64,000 nucleotides of DNA, taken from an uncultured Gemmatimonadaceae bacterium. GTDB taxonomy: Bacteria; Gemmatimonadota; Gemmatimonadetes; Gemmatimonadales; Gemmatimonadaceae. A program made the translations under genes and the position numbers. The stretch spans positions 480,001-544,000 of the forward strand of contig CAWJMB010000002.1 in assembly GCA_963843845.1 (NCBI GenBank). Reading direction: 5' to 3'. Under the pieces are notes generated by a model. The model saw only the letters and a program-made list of their open reading frames with translations. It did not search any database and had not been told where the DNA came from. Of this stretch, positions 43,918 through 53,580 are shown one piece after another (the stretch's first letter is position 1; every line of letters starts with the position of its first letter).

Positions 43918-44605
43918 AGACGACGATGTTCACCCCGAACCGCGTGTTGTCGACGCTCTGGAAGCGCTTGTTCTCGGCGTGGAAGTTCCACTCCGAGCTG
44001 TAGTCCTTGTTGCTGTACAACACGGCGATCCGGTCGCCGCGCCGAGCCGCGAGCAGGTGCTTGTGCACGAGGTTGTCCCCCCACCCATTCAGCTCGTGGC
44101 TCGTCGTCGGCGGGCCGTCCGAGAACGTGAAGAACGCGCGGTACAGCGGGTCCTCGTTCGACAGCTCCTTCAGCGGGCCGGCGACGCGCCCCAGCTCCTC
44201 GACCGCCGTCTTGTGAAAGCCGCCGTCGACGTCGTGGTTGTGATCGTCGACGAACAGCATCCCCCCCCGATCGAGGAAGCGGCTCAGCGAGCGGCGCTCG
44301 GCGTCGGAGAACCGCACGGGGAGATGGCCCGTGAGATAGAGCAGCGGATACTGCATCACGCCATCCGACGCGAGCGGCACCGTCACGCCCTGCGCGGCGA
44401 CCGGGATGCTCGTGTAGCGCGCGACCGAGTCGATGAGGTTCGACGGCACGAGCGGCGCCGAGTCCCAGTCGCCGGAATCGTACTGCGCGGTCGCGAACAC
44501 GAACGCACCCCCGGTCGCGTCGAGCACGCCGGGCCGCGGCGCGACGAGGCGCTTCGGCTCCGCGCGCGGATCGTTCGGCACGTTCGCGTGAGGCACCTCG
44601 CTCAC
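43901..44605 (-). CDS. DUF4159 domain protein
   Basis: YDSGDWD, YPLLYLTGH, FLDRGGMLFVDD, LYSNKDY..EW, FGVNIVVYALT; GTGA overlap. Confidence 0.88.
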   Translation of the reverse strand: MSEVPHANVPNDPRAEPKRLVAPRPGVLDATGGAFVFATAQYDSGDWDSAPLVPSNLIDSVARYTSIPVAAQGVTVPLASDGVMQYPLLYLTGHLPVRFSDAERRSLSRFLDRGGMLFVDDHNHDVDGGFHKTAVEELGRVAGPLKELSNEDPLYRAFFTFSDGPPTTSHELNGWGDNLVHKHLLAARRGDRIAVLYSNKDYSSEWNFHAENKRFQSVDNTRFGVNIVVYALTR

Positions 44606-46869
44606 CACGCCCAGGCGCCTAACGCCCCGTTGCGCGCCTGCGTCCCCGCGGCGAGCCGCCGCGCGCGCACGAACGCCGCCGTCGCGTCGCGCCCCGTGCG
44701 CAACGCCTCCACCGTCTCGCCCAACGCCGCCGCGAGCGCCGGCGCGTCGCCGAGTGCGGCGACGCGGAGGAGCGCGAGCGTGTCGGCGGCGGCGCCCGCG
44801 TCGCGCACCACGAGGTCCACCGCGCGGGCGATCGACGCGAGCCGCTCGCGCGTGCGCGCGTCGAGCGGCGGGCGCGAGGTGCGCTGCGCGGGGTGCAGCG
44901 TGTCGCCGTTCACGCGCGCCGCGAGCCGCACCTTCGCGAGGTCGATGACCACCGCGGGCGGCTTCCCGCGCAGGTACAGTCGCTCCGCGTTGCGGGCACG
45001 CTGCATCGCGGCGATGGCCCGCTTCATCGGCTCGATCGCCTTCGCCGGCTCGGCGATGCCGAGCGCGCGGCCGGCATCCCACATGTGGTTGTACGCCTCG
45101 AGCAGAGGCTTGCTGATCGCGACGATCGGCGCGTCGCCCCCCTCCGCCTCGGCGAGTCCGGCGGCGTTCGCGTCGGTCGCGCGGCTCGCGGCCTCGAGCA
45201 CCTGCTCGGGAGTGAGCTGCGGCAGCTGCTCGCCGTTCGCGTGGTTGTGGCCGTCGCCGGCGAAGTGCGCGTGCTCGCCCCCGGCCTCCTCGTTCTGCCC
45301 GAAGCGCATGAACACGATGTCGCTCACGCGCTGCCGCAGCCGGGCCTGATCGATCGCGATCCTGCGCGACTCCGCGGCCACCGTCGCCGCGGAGAGCTTC
45401 GGGGCGCGCTTCGCCAGCGCTTGCGTGAGCATGAGCAGCATGCGCTGACTGAGCGCCGCGGTGTCGGCCGGCGACGGAGGGACCGCCTCGACGGCGACCG
45501 AGTCGTACTCGTCGGCGCGCGCGACGCGGATCGTGCGCGTGTCCGACGACGCGCCGCGCCCCGGCAGCGGGTTGCGATCGGTCGCGACGGCGCGCACGTG
45601 CACGATGTCGCCGGGCTTGAGGCCCAGCGCGGCCACGTCGAGCGCGGCGCGCAGCTCGCCGTGCCGCGCGCCGCCGAACGCGACCGCGCCGAAGCGCGTC
45701 GTCGTGAACGTGAAGGTCTCTCCTTCCCCGGAGCTGAGGATGTATTCGAAGGCGCCCGCCGCGAGCCCGAGGTCGTCGTCGAGCACCGCGCGCAGCGGGA
45801 TGACGCCGCGCGGCTGCCGGAGCACCGTGTCGCGCTGCGGCGCGGCGAGCGTGAGGTGCGGCACCGCATCGGCCCGCGGCACGAGCACGACGAGCCGCGT
45901 GCGCCCCGCGTCGTCGAGCCGGAGCGACGCGGGGCGCGGCCCCATCGTGAACGCGATGCGCCAGCCGTCCGCGTCCGCCGAGGCGCGACCGTTCGGTGAA
46001 CCGTTCGGAGACCCGTTCGGAGATCCGTTCGGTGACGCGGCGCGCGCGGCGACCGCGACGGCCGGTCCACTGTCCGCGGCGACGACCGCCTGGAGCCCGT
46101 CGGCCGCGCCGTCGCCGACGAGCGTGACCGTGCTGCCGACCAGCCCCTCGATCGACGACGGGTTCGTCGCGGCCGAGCCGGCGAGCCCGCTGTACGACGG
46201 CGGTGTGACGGTCGCGCGGATGCGTGCGAGGCGATCGATCGGCGTGCGGCGCGTGCCGCGTCCCCCCGCCGCCGTCGCGGTGCCGGCGAATCGGCTGGCG
46301 CGCACGGTCGGCGCGGCGACCGCTGCCGCGACGAACGCGGTCGTCAGGAGCGCCGGCAGCAGCAGCGCGCGCCGCGCCGACCGGCGAAGCGCGTCGTCCC
46401 ACCGGGCGCCGCTGACCACCGCGTCGAGCGAGCGAGCGGTGGCGGCTGGCACCGCGAGGCGCGCGTCGGCGAGCGTGACGAGCGCGTAGCGCAGCGCCGG
46501 CACCCGCGCCTCGACCCACAGCGCGGCCCGTTCGTGCGAGATCCCGTGCGGCGCCGCGCGCCAGACGGCGACCGCGCCGGCGACCAGCCCCGCGGCGAGC
46601 GCCGCGAGCGTCCACCCCGCGCCCTCCTGCCCGACGCCTGCCCGCCGCACGAACGCGCCGACCGCGACGACGAACGCCGCAGCCGCCGCGCCCCACAGCA
46701 CGGCCTGCCCGACGACGATCGCGCGCAGCGTCCCACGCACTCGGCTCACGCGCTCGCGAGCGGCGTCACCGGGCTGCGTCGACCGCGCCGACCCACGCGC
46801 CGAGCCCCGCGGCGCCGGCGCATGCGGCAACGCGCCGGATCCGTCCGGGCGCACGATCGACGTGCTCAC
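44602..46869 (-). CDS. DUF4175-like membrane-anchored protein
   Basis: N-terminal TM helices, VTPPSYSG Ig-like segment, DDDLGL, LKPGD, C-terminal helical region (MWDA..AL, ERLYLRG). Confidence 0.7.
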   Translation of the reverse strand: MSTSIVRPDGSGALPHAPAPRGSARGSARSTQPGDAARERVSRVRGTLRAIVVGQAVLWGAAAAAFVVAVGAFVRRAGVGQEGAGWTLAALAAGLVAGAVAVWRAAPHGISHERAALWVEARVPALRYALVTLADARLAVPAATARSLDAVVSGARWDDALRRSARRALLLPALLTTAFVAAAVAAPTVRASRFAGTATAAGGRGTRRTPIDRLARIRATVTPPSYSGLAGSAATNPSSIEGLVGSTVTLVGDGAADGLQAVVAADSGPAVAVAARAASPNGSPNGSPNGSPNGRASADADGWRIAFTMGPRPASLRLDDAGRTRLVVLVPRADAVPHLTLAAPQRDTVLRQPRGVIPLRAVLDDDLGLAAGAFEYILSSGEGETFTFTTTRFGAVAFGGARHGELRAALDVAALGLKPGDIVHVRAVATDRNPLPGRGASSDTRTIRVARADEYDSVAVEAVPPSPADTAALSQRMLLMLTQALAKRAPKLSAATVAAESRRIAIDQARLRQRVSDIVFMRFGQNEEAGGEHAHFAGDGHNHANGEQLPQLTPEQVLEAASRATDANAAGLAEAEGGDAPIVAISKPLLEAYNHMWDAGRALGIAEPAKAIEPMKRAIAAMQRARNAERLYLRGKPPAVVIDLAKVRLAARVNGDTLHPAQRTSRPPLDARTRERLASIARAVDLVVRDAGAAADTLALLRVAALGDAPALAAALGETVEALRTGRDATAAFVRARRLAAGTQARNGALGAWAW
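45989..46036 (-). repeat. 12-nt imperfect tandem repeat x4 (SPNG)
   Basis: CCGTTCGGWGAN units on the + strand. Confidence 0.85.
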
Positions 46870-48393
46870 GCGGCCTCCTGCGGCCGAGGCGACGACCGCC
46901 GTGTGGTGCGTGGCGCATCGGCGCTCGCGACCGTACCGCCGTCCGCGTCGACCTCGCTCGCCGGGTCGTCGCTCGCCTGCCGTCCGACGAGCCGCAGTGG
47001 CAACTCCACGACCAGCAGCGCGATCGCCGCGGCGAGCAGCCAGCGCGCGAGCGGGTCGTCGGCCGCCGGCGGTCTGGCGAGCGTGCCGGTCGCGAGCAGT
47101 GGTCCGGTCCCGGCGAGTGCCCGAACGACGCTCGCGTCGAGTGGCGCGCCGGCCGTGTGCGCCGAGCACGGTCCGCTGAGCGCGCGGAGGAGCGCGAGGA
47201 AGGGCGGGCGGAGCGCGGCGTCGCCGATCTGTGGAACCGGGATCGCGATCGACCGCATGCATCCGGTGCCGGTCGTCTGTTCGACCGCGGCGGGCGACCC
47301 GTCCGCCCACCGCGCGCCGACCTGTCCCCTCGTCGCCGCCGCCAGCCACTCGGCGCGTCGCTCCATGGGCAGGACGAGCGACGCCGAGCCGGCGACCACG
47401 GCGCCGGCGGTGTCGAGCGGCGAGCGGCGCGCCCAGCCGGCAGGCACGCCATTCACCGGCCAGTCGAGCAGCACGCCGGCGGAATCACGTGCCCAGGCGA
47501 CGTCCGCCGCGGTCGCGCCGTCGCGGACGATGCGCGCAGTGTGCGCAGTGCCCCCACTGCGCGCCACTGCGCGCGGTCGCATCCGGGCGCGGCGCCGACG
47601 TGTCACGCCCGACCAGCATCGCGGCAGCGGCCAGGGCGTCGTCGGTCGACGCGGCGCTCCCAGGCGACGCGGCGTCGGCACGCGCCCGAACCCGCACTCC
47701 GTCCGGCGGCGCCGAGTCCGTCACCGGCGCGACGCGCACGACGCGCGCGCGCCCCGCCCACGTCGCGCGCACGGGCATCGTCGCCGCGTCGACCGCGCGC
47801 GCGGTCAGCGGCGACACGACGACCAGTTCGACCGAATCGGCGGTCTCGCGCAGCCGCGGCGCCGCGCGCCTCGCCGCCGCGAGCGCCGCCGACACCGAGC
47901 CCACGCCCCCCGACCCGTTCGCCTCGCGCGTCGAATCGCTCGCCGTCGAGACCAGCGCCGCCCCGATCGCACTGTCGCGCGCCGCCGCATCGATCGGAAG
48001 CACGACGGGCGCCGCCGCGCGTTCGCTGAACGCGACGAGCAGATCGCCCGCGCCCGCCAGCGCTCGCACACTGTCGCGCACCGCGCGCGCGTCCGCGACC
48101 GCGCGCGACCGATCGGCGACGATCACGCGCGCGACCGCGCGACGCGGCGGCGTTCGGACCGGCCGCGCGAGCGCGGTGGCCGCGAGCAGCACCGTCGCGA
48201 CGCGCACGGCGAGCAGCAGCAGATCGGTCGGCCGCCGCGCGAGCCGCCGCGCTCGTGCCGATCGCTGCGGAACGAACCGCGCCGTCGGAAGCAGCAGCGG
48301 CGCCGGCCGTCCGATCGCGAGCAGGTGCAGCCCGACGAGCGCCAGCGCCGCGACTGCGCCACCGGCGAGCCACCACGGCGACAGAATAGTCAT
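46866..48393 (-). CDS. BatA N-terminal domain protein (one frameshift near 47560)
   Basis: SPWWL..LHLL..PTARF..LLLAVR..ALARP; degenerate vWA-like ADRSR; C-terminal TM helix. Confidence 0.75.
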
Positions 48394-49343
48394 GATGCGA
48401 GCCCTCGGCTGCCGTCGGCGCTCGTGACGGTCGCCCGGGCGCCGGTCTCGCGCGGCACGTCGTCGACCCCGCGAACGACGCGCCGGACCGCGCGCGCCGC
48501 CGGCTCGCTCGTCACGACCGTCGTGTAGGCCGCGCCCGCGTCGCGCCACGCCCGCGCGGTCGCCTCGCGCCACGCCCCGAATGCCGCGAGATACTCCGCC
48601 CGCGCGGTCGCGTCGAGCGGCCGCTGCACCGCCGGCGCCTCCGGATCGATCGCCATCACCGCGCCCCGCGGCGGGTCGAGCTCCGCGTCGTCGAGCAGGT
48701 GCAGCGCGTAGAGCTCTCCCCCCTGCGCCCGGTGCGTCGATGCCGCGCGCAGTGTCGCCTCGGCGTCGCCGAGGAAATCCGACAGCACCACGATCCGCGC
48801 ACCGCGCGTCGTCGATGCGGCGTGCGTCACGAGCGGCGCCAGGGGCGCGGCGCCATCCGGCACCGTCGCGTCGAGCGCCCGCCCGATCTCGCCGATCACA
48901 CCGCGCCGCGCCCGCGGCGGCAGCCACCGCTCTCCCTGCGTCAGCGCCAGCCCGACCGGATCGCCGGCCGCGTGGGCGACCGAGGCGAGCCCGAGCGCCA
49001 CCGCACGCGCCTGACGCCACTTCGCGTGCTGCCGCGCCCCGGTCGCCGGAAACGCCATCGACGCACTCGCGTCGACGAGCAGCAGCGTCGGCAGCAGCGC
49101 GTGATCGTCGGCGAGGCGGATGAACGCGCGATCGCTCCTCGCCAGCAATCGCCAGTCGAGGCGCCGCGGATCGTCTCCCTGCCGGTACGCGCGATACTCG
49201 CTGAACTCGCCCCCGGGGCTGCGCAGCCGCGCACGGTGCGCGCCGGGCATCGTGGCCGCGGCGACGTGACGCGCCGGCCAGCGCAGCCCGCGGACCTGGT
49301 CGAGCAGCGCGGTGTCGTCGGACATCGGCAGTCGATCAGACAC
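48390..49343 (-). CDS. DUF58 domain protein
   Basis: GAHR, EFSEYRAYRQGDDPRRLDWR, LLVDASASM, VLSDF. Confidence 0.92.
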   Translation of the reverse strand: MSDRLPMSDDTALLDQVRGLRWPARHVAAATMPGAHRARLRSPGGEFSEYRAYRQGDDPRRLDWRLLARSDRAFIRLADDHALLPTLLLVDASASMAFPATGARQHAKWRQARAVALGLASVAHAAGDPVGLALTQGERWLPPRARRGVIGEIGRALDATVPDGAAPLAPLVTHAASTTRGARIVVLSDFLGDAEATLRAASTHRAQGGELYALHLLDDAELDPPRGAVMAIDPEAPAVQRPLDATARAEYLAAFGAWREATARAWRDAGAAYTTVVTSEPAARAVRRVVRGVDDVPRETGARATVTSADGSRGLAS

Positions 49344-50385
49344 GCACCCCCGACGCCGGCGCCGCCACTCGCTCCAGCAGATCCGCCACCACCCGGTCCG
49401 CGTCGATCCCCTCCGCCTCCGCCGCGAACGTCGGCAGCACGCGGTGCCGCAGCACCGGCGCCGCCACCCGCCGCAGATCCTCCGGTGCGACGGCTCCGCG
49501 ACCGGCGAGCAGCGCGTGCGCCTTCGCGCCCAGCACGAGCGCCTGCCCCGCCCGTGGGCCGGCCCCCCAGCGAACCGCCCGCTTCACGAGCGCCGTCGCC
49601 GCCGGGTCGTCCGGGCGCGTGGCGCGCACGAGCGACGCCGCGTAGCGCAACGCCGCGTCCGACGCCGGGATCGCCCGCGCGAGCCGCTGCAGGGCGAGCG
49701 CCTGCTCGGCGGTCAGCACGGCGTCGAGGGGACCGGACGGAGCGCCGGTCGTGGCCCGCAGAATCGCCACCTCCTCCTCGGCGTCGGGATAGCTCACCCG
49801 GACGTCGAACAGAAAGCGGTCGAGCTGCGCCTCGGGGAGCGGATACGTGCCCTCCTGCTCGATCGGGTTCTGCGTCGCGAGCACGAAGAACGGCTCCGGC
49901 AGCCGCATGGTGCGGCCGGCGGCGCTCACCGCGTGCTCCTGCATCGCCTCGAGCAGCGCGGCCTGCGTGCGCGGCGGCGCGCGGTTGATCTCGTCCGCGA
50001 GGACGATGTTCGCGAACACCGGACCCGGGACGAAGCGGAACGCCCGCCCGCCGGTCGACTGATCCTCTTCCAGGATCTCCGTCCCCGTGATGTCGCTCGG
50101 CACGAGGTCCGGGGTGAACTGGATGCGGCGGAAGTCGAGGTGCATCGCCTCCGACAGCGACTTCACGAGCAACGTCTTCGCGAGGCCAGGAACGCCGACG
50201 AGACGCGCGTGCCCGCCGGCGACGATCGCGAGCAGCAGCTCCTCGACGACCTGGTCCTGCCCGACGACGCGCCGCGCGACCTGCGTGCGCAGGGCGCGCA
50301 TCGCGTCGAGCAGCGGCGCCGCGTCGTCGAGCGTGCGTGGGACGTGCGGGAGCTGCGGAGAGTCCGACCGAACGGAAGTCGCCAC
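49336..50385 (-). CDS. moxR: MoxR family AAA+ ATPase
   Basis: GVPGLAKT, RIQFTPDLVPSD, LADEINRAPPRTQAALLEAMQE, ATQNPIEQEGTYPLPEAQLDRF. Confidence 0.95.
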   Translation of the reverse strand: MATSVRSDSPQLPHVPRTLDDAAPLLDAMRALRTQVARRVVGQDQVVEELLLAIVAGGHARLVGVPGLAKTLLVKSLSEAMHLDFRRIQFTPDLVPSDITGTEILEEDQSTGGRAFRFVPGPVFANIVLADEINRAPPRTQAALLEAMQEHAVSAAGRTMRLPEPFFVLATQNPIEQEGTYPLPEAQLDRFLFDVRVSYPDAEEEVAILRATTGAPSGPLDAVLTAEQALALQRLARAIPASDAALRYAASLVRATRPDDPAATALVKRAVRWGAGPRAGQALVLGAKAHALLAGRGAVAPEDLRRVAAPVLRHRVLPTFAAEAEGIDADRVVADLLERVAAPASGVRV

Positions 50386-50653
50386 GTGAGCGATTGGAGA
50401 AACGACGGAGAGATGACGTGAGCGCGTACGTAAGCCAGTGGTACGCTCAGCGGCAGGCGGATGTTGTGCGGACGGTGTGTCGACACGGCCGTGCGCGCGC
50501 CGCTCGCGGGACCGGGCGCGGCAGGGAGGGGTGGCCTGCGTCGTCCGGCGGGGCGGTATGGGGCGTGTCGCATCCGGCCCGGACATTGCCTGAGGCCAGT
50601 TGCTTGTCGTCGCGCTCGTCTGTGCCGGACCGGAGTTCACCTGGAGTTGTAGA

Positions 50654-51385
50654 GTGCAGCACCGAAGCACCATTCAGCGGCTGTCGCCCGACGCGCGTGC
50701 CGCCCTCGCGAGCTACGGCGCGAAGGCCAGCTGGCCCGCCGGGTTCGGGATCTATCAGCGCGGCGCCGCCGCCGACGGGGTGTTCGTCGTGCTGTCGGGA
50801 CGCATCGTGCTCCGCAGCCGCGTCAAAGCCGGTCGCGGCTTCGTTCCCGCCCTCGCCACCGACGGCGAGACGTTCGGCGCCGAGGGGCTCGAGATCGCGG
50901 GCAGGTACGCGACCGACGCCCGCGCCGAGGAGGCGAGCGAGACGCTGCACCTGAGTGGCGCGCGCTTCCGCGCCTTCCTCCGCGAGCAGCCGCAGAGCGC
51001 GCAGCTCCTCATCGGCCAGATCATGGCCGAGCGGACGCAGCTGCTCGACAAGTTGCACGAACTGGCGACGCTCTCCGTCGAGGAGCGCCTCATCGCGTCC
51101 ATGCTGCGCCTCGCCGACCAGTCGCGCCTCGCCGACCGCGCCGCGCTCCACCTCCCGCCCGGCGACTACCGTCTGCTCTGCGAGCTCGTCGGCGCGACGC
51201 GCGAGAGTGTCTCGCTCGTCTTCAACCGCCTCGTGAGCGCCGGCCTCGTCGACCGCGACGGCGCCGCCTACACCGTCCCCGACATCGCCGCGCTCGCCGC
51301 GCGACTCGGCAGCGCGGGGGTCGAGACGGAGACCGCCGTGCCGGTCGTCAGCGAGCCGCGGGCCGAGCGGGCGATGCGGGTCTGA
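50654..51385 (+). CDS. Crp/Fnr family transcriptional regulator
   Basis: cNMP-like domain (IYQRG, VVLSG, GETFG), VEERL, HTH LVGATRESVS; no FNR Cys cluster. Confidence 0.85.
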   Translation: MQHRSTIQRLSPDARAALASYGAKASWPAGFGIYQRGAAADGVFVVLSGRIVLRSRVKAGRGFVPALATDGETFGAEGLEIAGRYATDARAEEASETLHLSGARFRAFLREQPQSAQLLIGQIMAERTQLLDKLHELATLSVEERLIASMLRLADQSRLADRAALHLPPGDYRLLCELVGATRESVSLVFNRLVSAGLVDRDGAAYTVPDIAALAARLGSAGVETETAVPVVSEPRAERAMRV

Positions 51386-51435
51386 CGAGGCCGGACAGGA
51401 CGGGACGGGGCACGGACGGCCGTTAGCTTCTCTCC

Positions 51436-52557
51436 ATGCCCCCGCCCGCCCGCTACGCCCGCCAGATCGCTCTCCCCGGCTTCGGGCTCGCCGGCCAGCA
51501 GCGCCTCTCGGCCGCGAGCGTACTGATCGTCGGTGCCGGCGGCCTCGGCTCCCCGGCGGCACTCTACCTGGCGGCGGCAGGCGTCGGACGGCTCGGCCTC
51601 GCGGACGACGACGTCGTCGACCGGTCGAACCTGCATCGGCAACTGCTCTACGGCGACGCCGACGTCGGGCGGCCCAAGCTCGACGCGGCACGCGACCGGC
51701 TGCGCGACGTGAACCCCGACGTCGCCGTCGACACGCACGCGGTCCGCGTCGACGCGACGAACGCCGACGCGGTGATCGACGGGTACGACGTCGTCGTCGA
51801 CGCGACCGACAACTTCCCAGCGCGCTATGCCGTGGGCGACGCCTGCGCGCGCCGAGGTACGGCGCTCGTGCACGGCAGCGTCTCGCGCTTCGAGGGACGC
51901 GTCACGCTGCTCGTCGCCGGCGGCGCGCCCTGCTATCGCTGCCTCTTCCCCGCCGCGCCCCCACCGAACACCGTCCCCTCGTGCGCCGAGGCCGGCGTGC
52001 TCGGCGTGCTCCCGGGTATGATCGGCACGATGCAGGCGACCGAAGTCATCAAGCACGTCGCCGGGATCGGCGAGACGCTCGCGGGGCGGCTGCTGCTCGT
52101 CGACGCGCTACGCATGCACGTGCACACCGTCGCCGTGGCGCGCGATCCCGCGTGCTCGGCGTGTGGTGCCGGGGCCCGACGATCGGGGAGCGGGAAGCGG
52201 GGAGGCGTTCGGCACCCGCTCCCCGATCCCCGATCCCCGATCCCCGAGATCACCGCCCGCGAAGCCGCCGTCCGCCTGCGCGCCGCGCCCCCGCCGACGC
52301 TGCTCGACGTCCGCGAGCCGTGGGAGTACGACACCGCGCACGTCGACGGCGCCCGGCTCGTGCCACTCCAGACGCTCCCCTCGTCGCTCGCCCCCCTCGA
52401 TCCCGCCGGCGAGTACCTCGTGCTCTGCCATCACGGCGTGCGCAGTGCGATGGCCGCCGAGTATCTGCGCGAGCGCGGCTTCGCGCGCGTGACGAACGTC
52501 GCCGGCGGCATCGACGCGTGGAGCCGCGACGTCGACTCGTCGGTCCCGCGCTACTGA
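51436..52557 (+). CDS. moeB: MoeB/MoeZ-type adenylyltransferase with C-terminal rhodanese domain
   Basis: RYARQI, VGAGGLGSP, DRSNLHRQ, CYRC, SCAEAGVLG, CSAC, DVREPWE, CHHGVRS, GGIDAWS. Confidence 0.93.
   Translation: MPPPARYARQIALPGFGLAGQQRLSAASVLIVGAGGLGSPAALYLAAAGVGRLGLADDDVVDRSNLHRQLLYGDADVGRPKLDAARDRLRDVNPDVAVDTHAVRVDATNADAVIDGYDVVVDATDNFPARYAVGDACARRGTALVHGSVSRFEGRVTLLVAGGAPCYRCLFPAAPPPNTVPSCAEAGVLGVLPGMIGTMQATEVIKHVAGIGETLAGRLLLVDALRMHVHTVAVARDPACSACGAGARRSGSGKRGGVRHPLPDPRSPIPEITAREAAVRLRAAPPPTLLDVREPWEYDTAHVDGARLVPLQTLPSSLAPLDPAGEYLVLCHHGVRSAMAAEYLRERGFARVTNVAGGIDAWSRDVDSSVPRY
52181..52247. repeat. In-frame palindromic element with CCCCGAT heptamer repeats inside moeB linker
   Basis: GATCGGGGAGCGGG-N20-CCCGCTCCCCGATC followed by further CCCCGAT units. 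Confidence 0.85.
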
Positions 52558-52566
52558 GCCGCGGTC

Positions 52567-53430
52567 GTGCGCCGCACGGAAGCCCTGCTGCGACGTGACG
52601 TCGCCGCCCGCCTTCCGGTCGGCGCCGACGGGATCGTCCTCGGCGCCGAGCCGCTCGCGCTCGACGCGGAGGCGCGGAACGGGCCGCACGCGCCGCGCGC
52701 CGCGCTGCTGCTGCACGGCTTCGGCGACGCCCCGGACTCGCTCGCTCAGTTGGGCGCCGTGCTGCACGCCCGCGGCTGGACCGTCCGCGCCCCCCTCCTC
52801 CCCGGCCACGGCCGCACGCTCGACGCGTTCGCCGCGTCGACCGCCGCCGACTGGCTCGCCGCCGCCGGCGACGCCTACGCCGCCCTCCGTGCGACGCACG
52901 CGGAGGTGGCCCTCGTCGGCCAGTCGATGGGCGGCGCGCTGAGCGTTCTGCTCGCCGCCGAGCGGCCACCGCCGCGGCTCGTGCTGCTCGCGCCGTACCT
53001 CGCCGTGCCGCCGCTCGTGCGCACCATCGGCCGGCTGCACCCGCTCGCCGCGCGCCTCACGCCCTGGCTCCGGAGCCGCAGCGACGCGAGCATTCTCGAC
53101 CCCGCCGCCCGCCAGGCGAGCCGCGGCTACGGCGTCGTCGCGCCGCACCTGCTGCGCGAGCTCACCCGCGTCGTCGACCAGGCCGTCGCCGCGCTCCCCC
53201 GCGTCTCGTCGCCCACTCGCGTCATCCACTCGCGCCGCGACAATCGCATCGCCCCCGCCGCCGCCGCCGCGGCGTTCGCCCGACTCGGCGCCACGCAGAA
53301 GGAGTTGGTGTGGCTCGACGCGAGCGGCCACGTGATCTCCGTCGACCGGGAGAAGGCGCGCGTGTTCACCCTCGTCGCGGACTGGCTCGGTCCGACCGCG
53401 AGCATGACCGCCTCACCCCGTCCGCCGTGA
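52567..53430 (+). CDS. Alpha/beta hydrolase (carboxylesterase-like)
   Basis: LLHGF, LPGHG, GQSMGG, D..I, SGHVI. Confidence 0.9.
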   Translation: MRRTEALLRRDVAARLPVGADGIVLGAEPLALDAEARNGPHAPRAALLLHGFGDAPDSLAQLGAVLHARGWTVRAPLLPGHGRTLDAFAASTAADWLAAAGDAYAALRATHAEVALVGQSMGGALSVLLAAERPPPRLVLLAPYLAVPPLVRTIGRLHPLAARLTPWLRSRSDASILDPAARQASRGYGVVAPHLLRELTRVVDQAVAALPRVSSPTRVIHSRRDNRIAPAAAAAAFARLGATQKELVWLDASGHVISVDREKARVFTLVADWLGPTASMTASPRPP

Positions 53431-53512
53431 GTCCAACCGTATCACCGCGGCTGAACCGCGGCTGAACCGCCGGCCGAACCGCGGTGATGCGGTGTGACTC
53501 ACGGCGGACGGG
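53417..53512. repeat. 34-bp-arm inverted repeat (31/34 matches) upstream of pnt
   Basis: Arms 53417-53450 and 53479-53512; loop contains GAACCGC repeats. Confidence 0.85.
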
Positions 53513-53580
53513 ATCGGGATGGGGCGGCCTCTCGACCCCACCGTTAGCTTCCCGGCTCGAATCCACCCGCACCCCCCGCG

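Noticed and set aside
50386..50653. Canonical CRP/FNR box in the moxR-crp divergent region
   Set aside because: Only short palindromes (GTGTCGACAC) and a repeated ACGTGAGCG; no TGTGA-N6-TCACA or TTGAT-N4-ATCAA.
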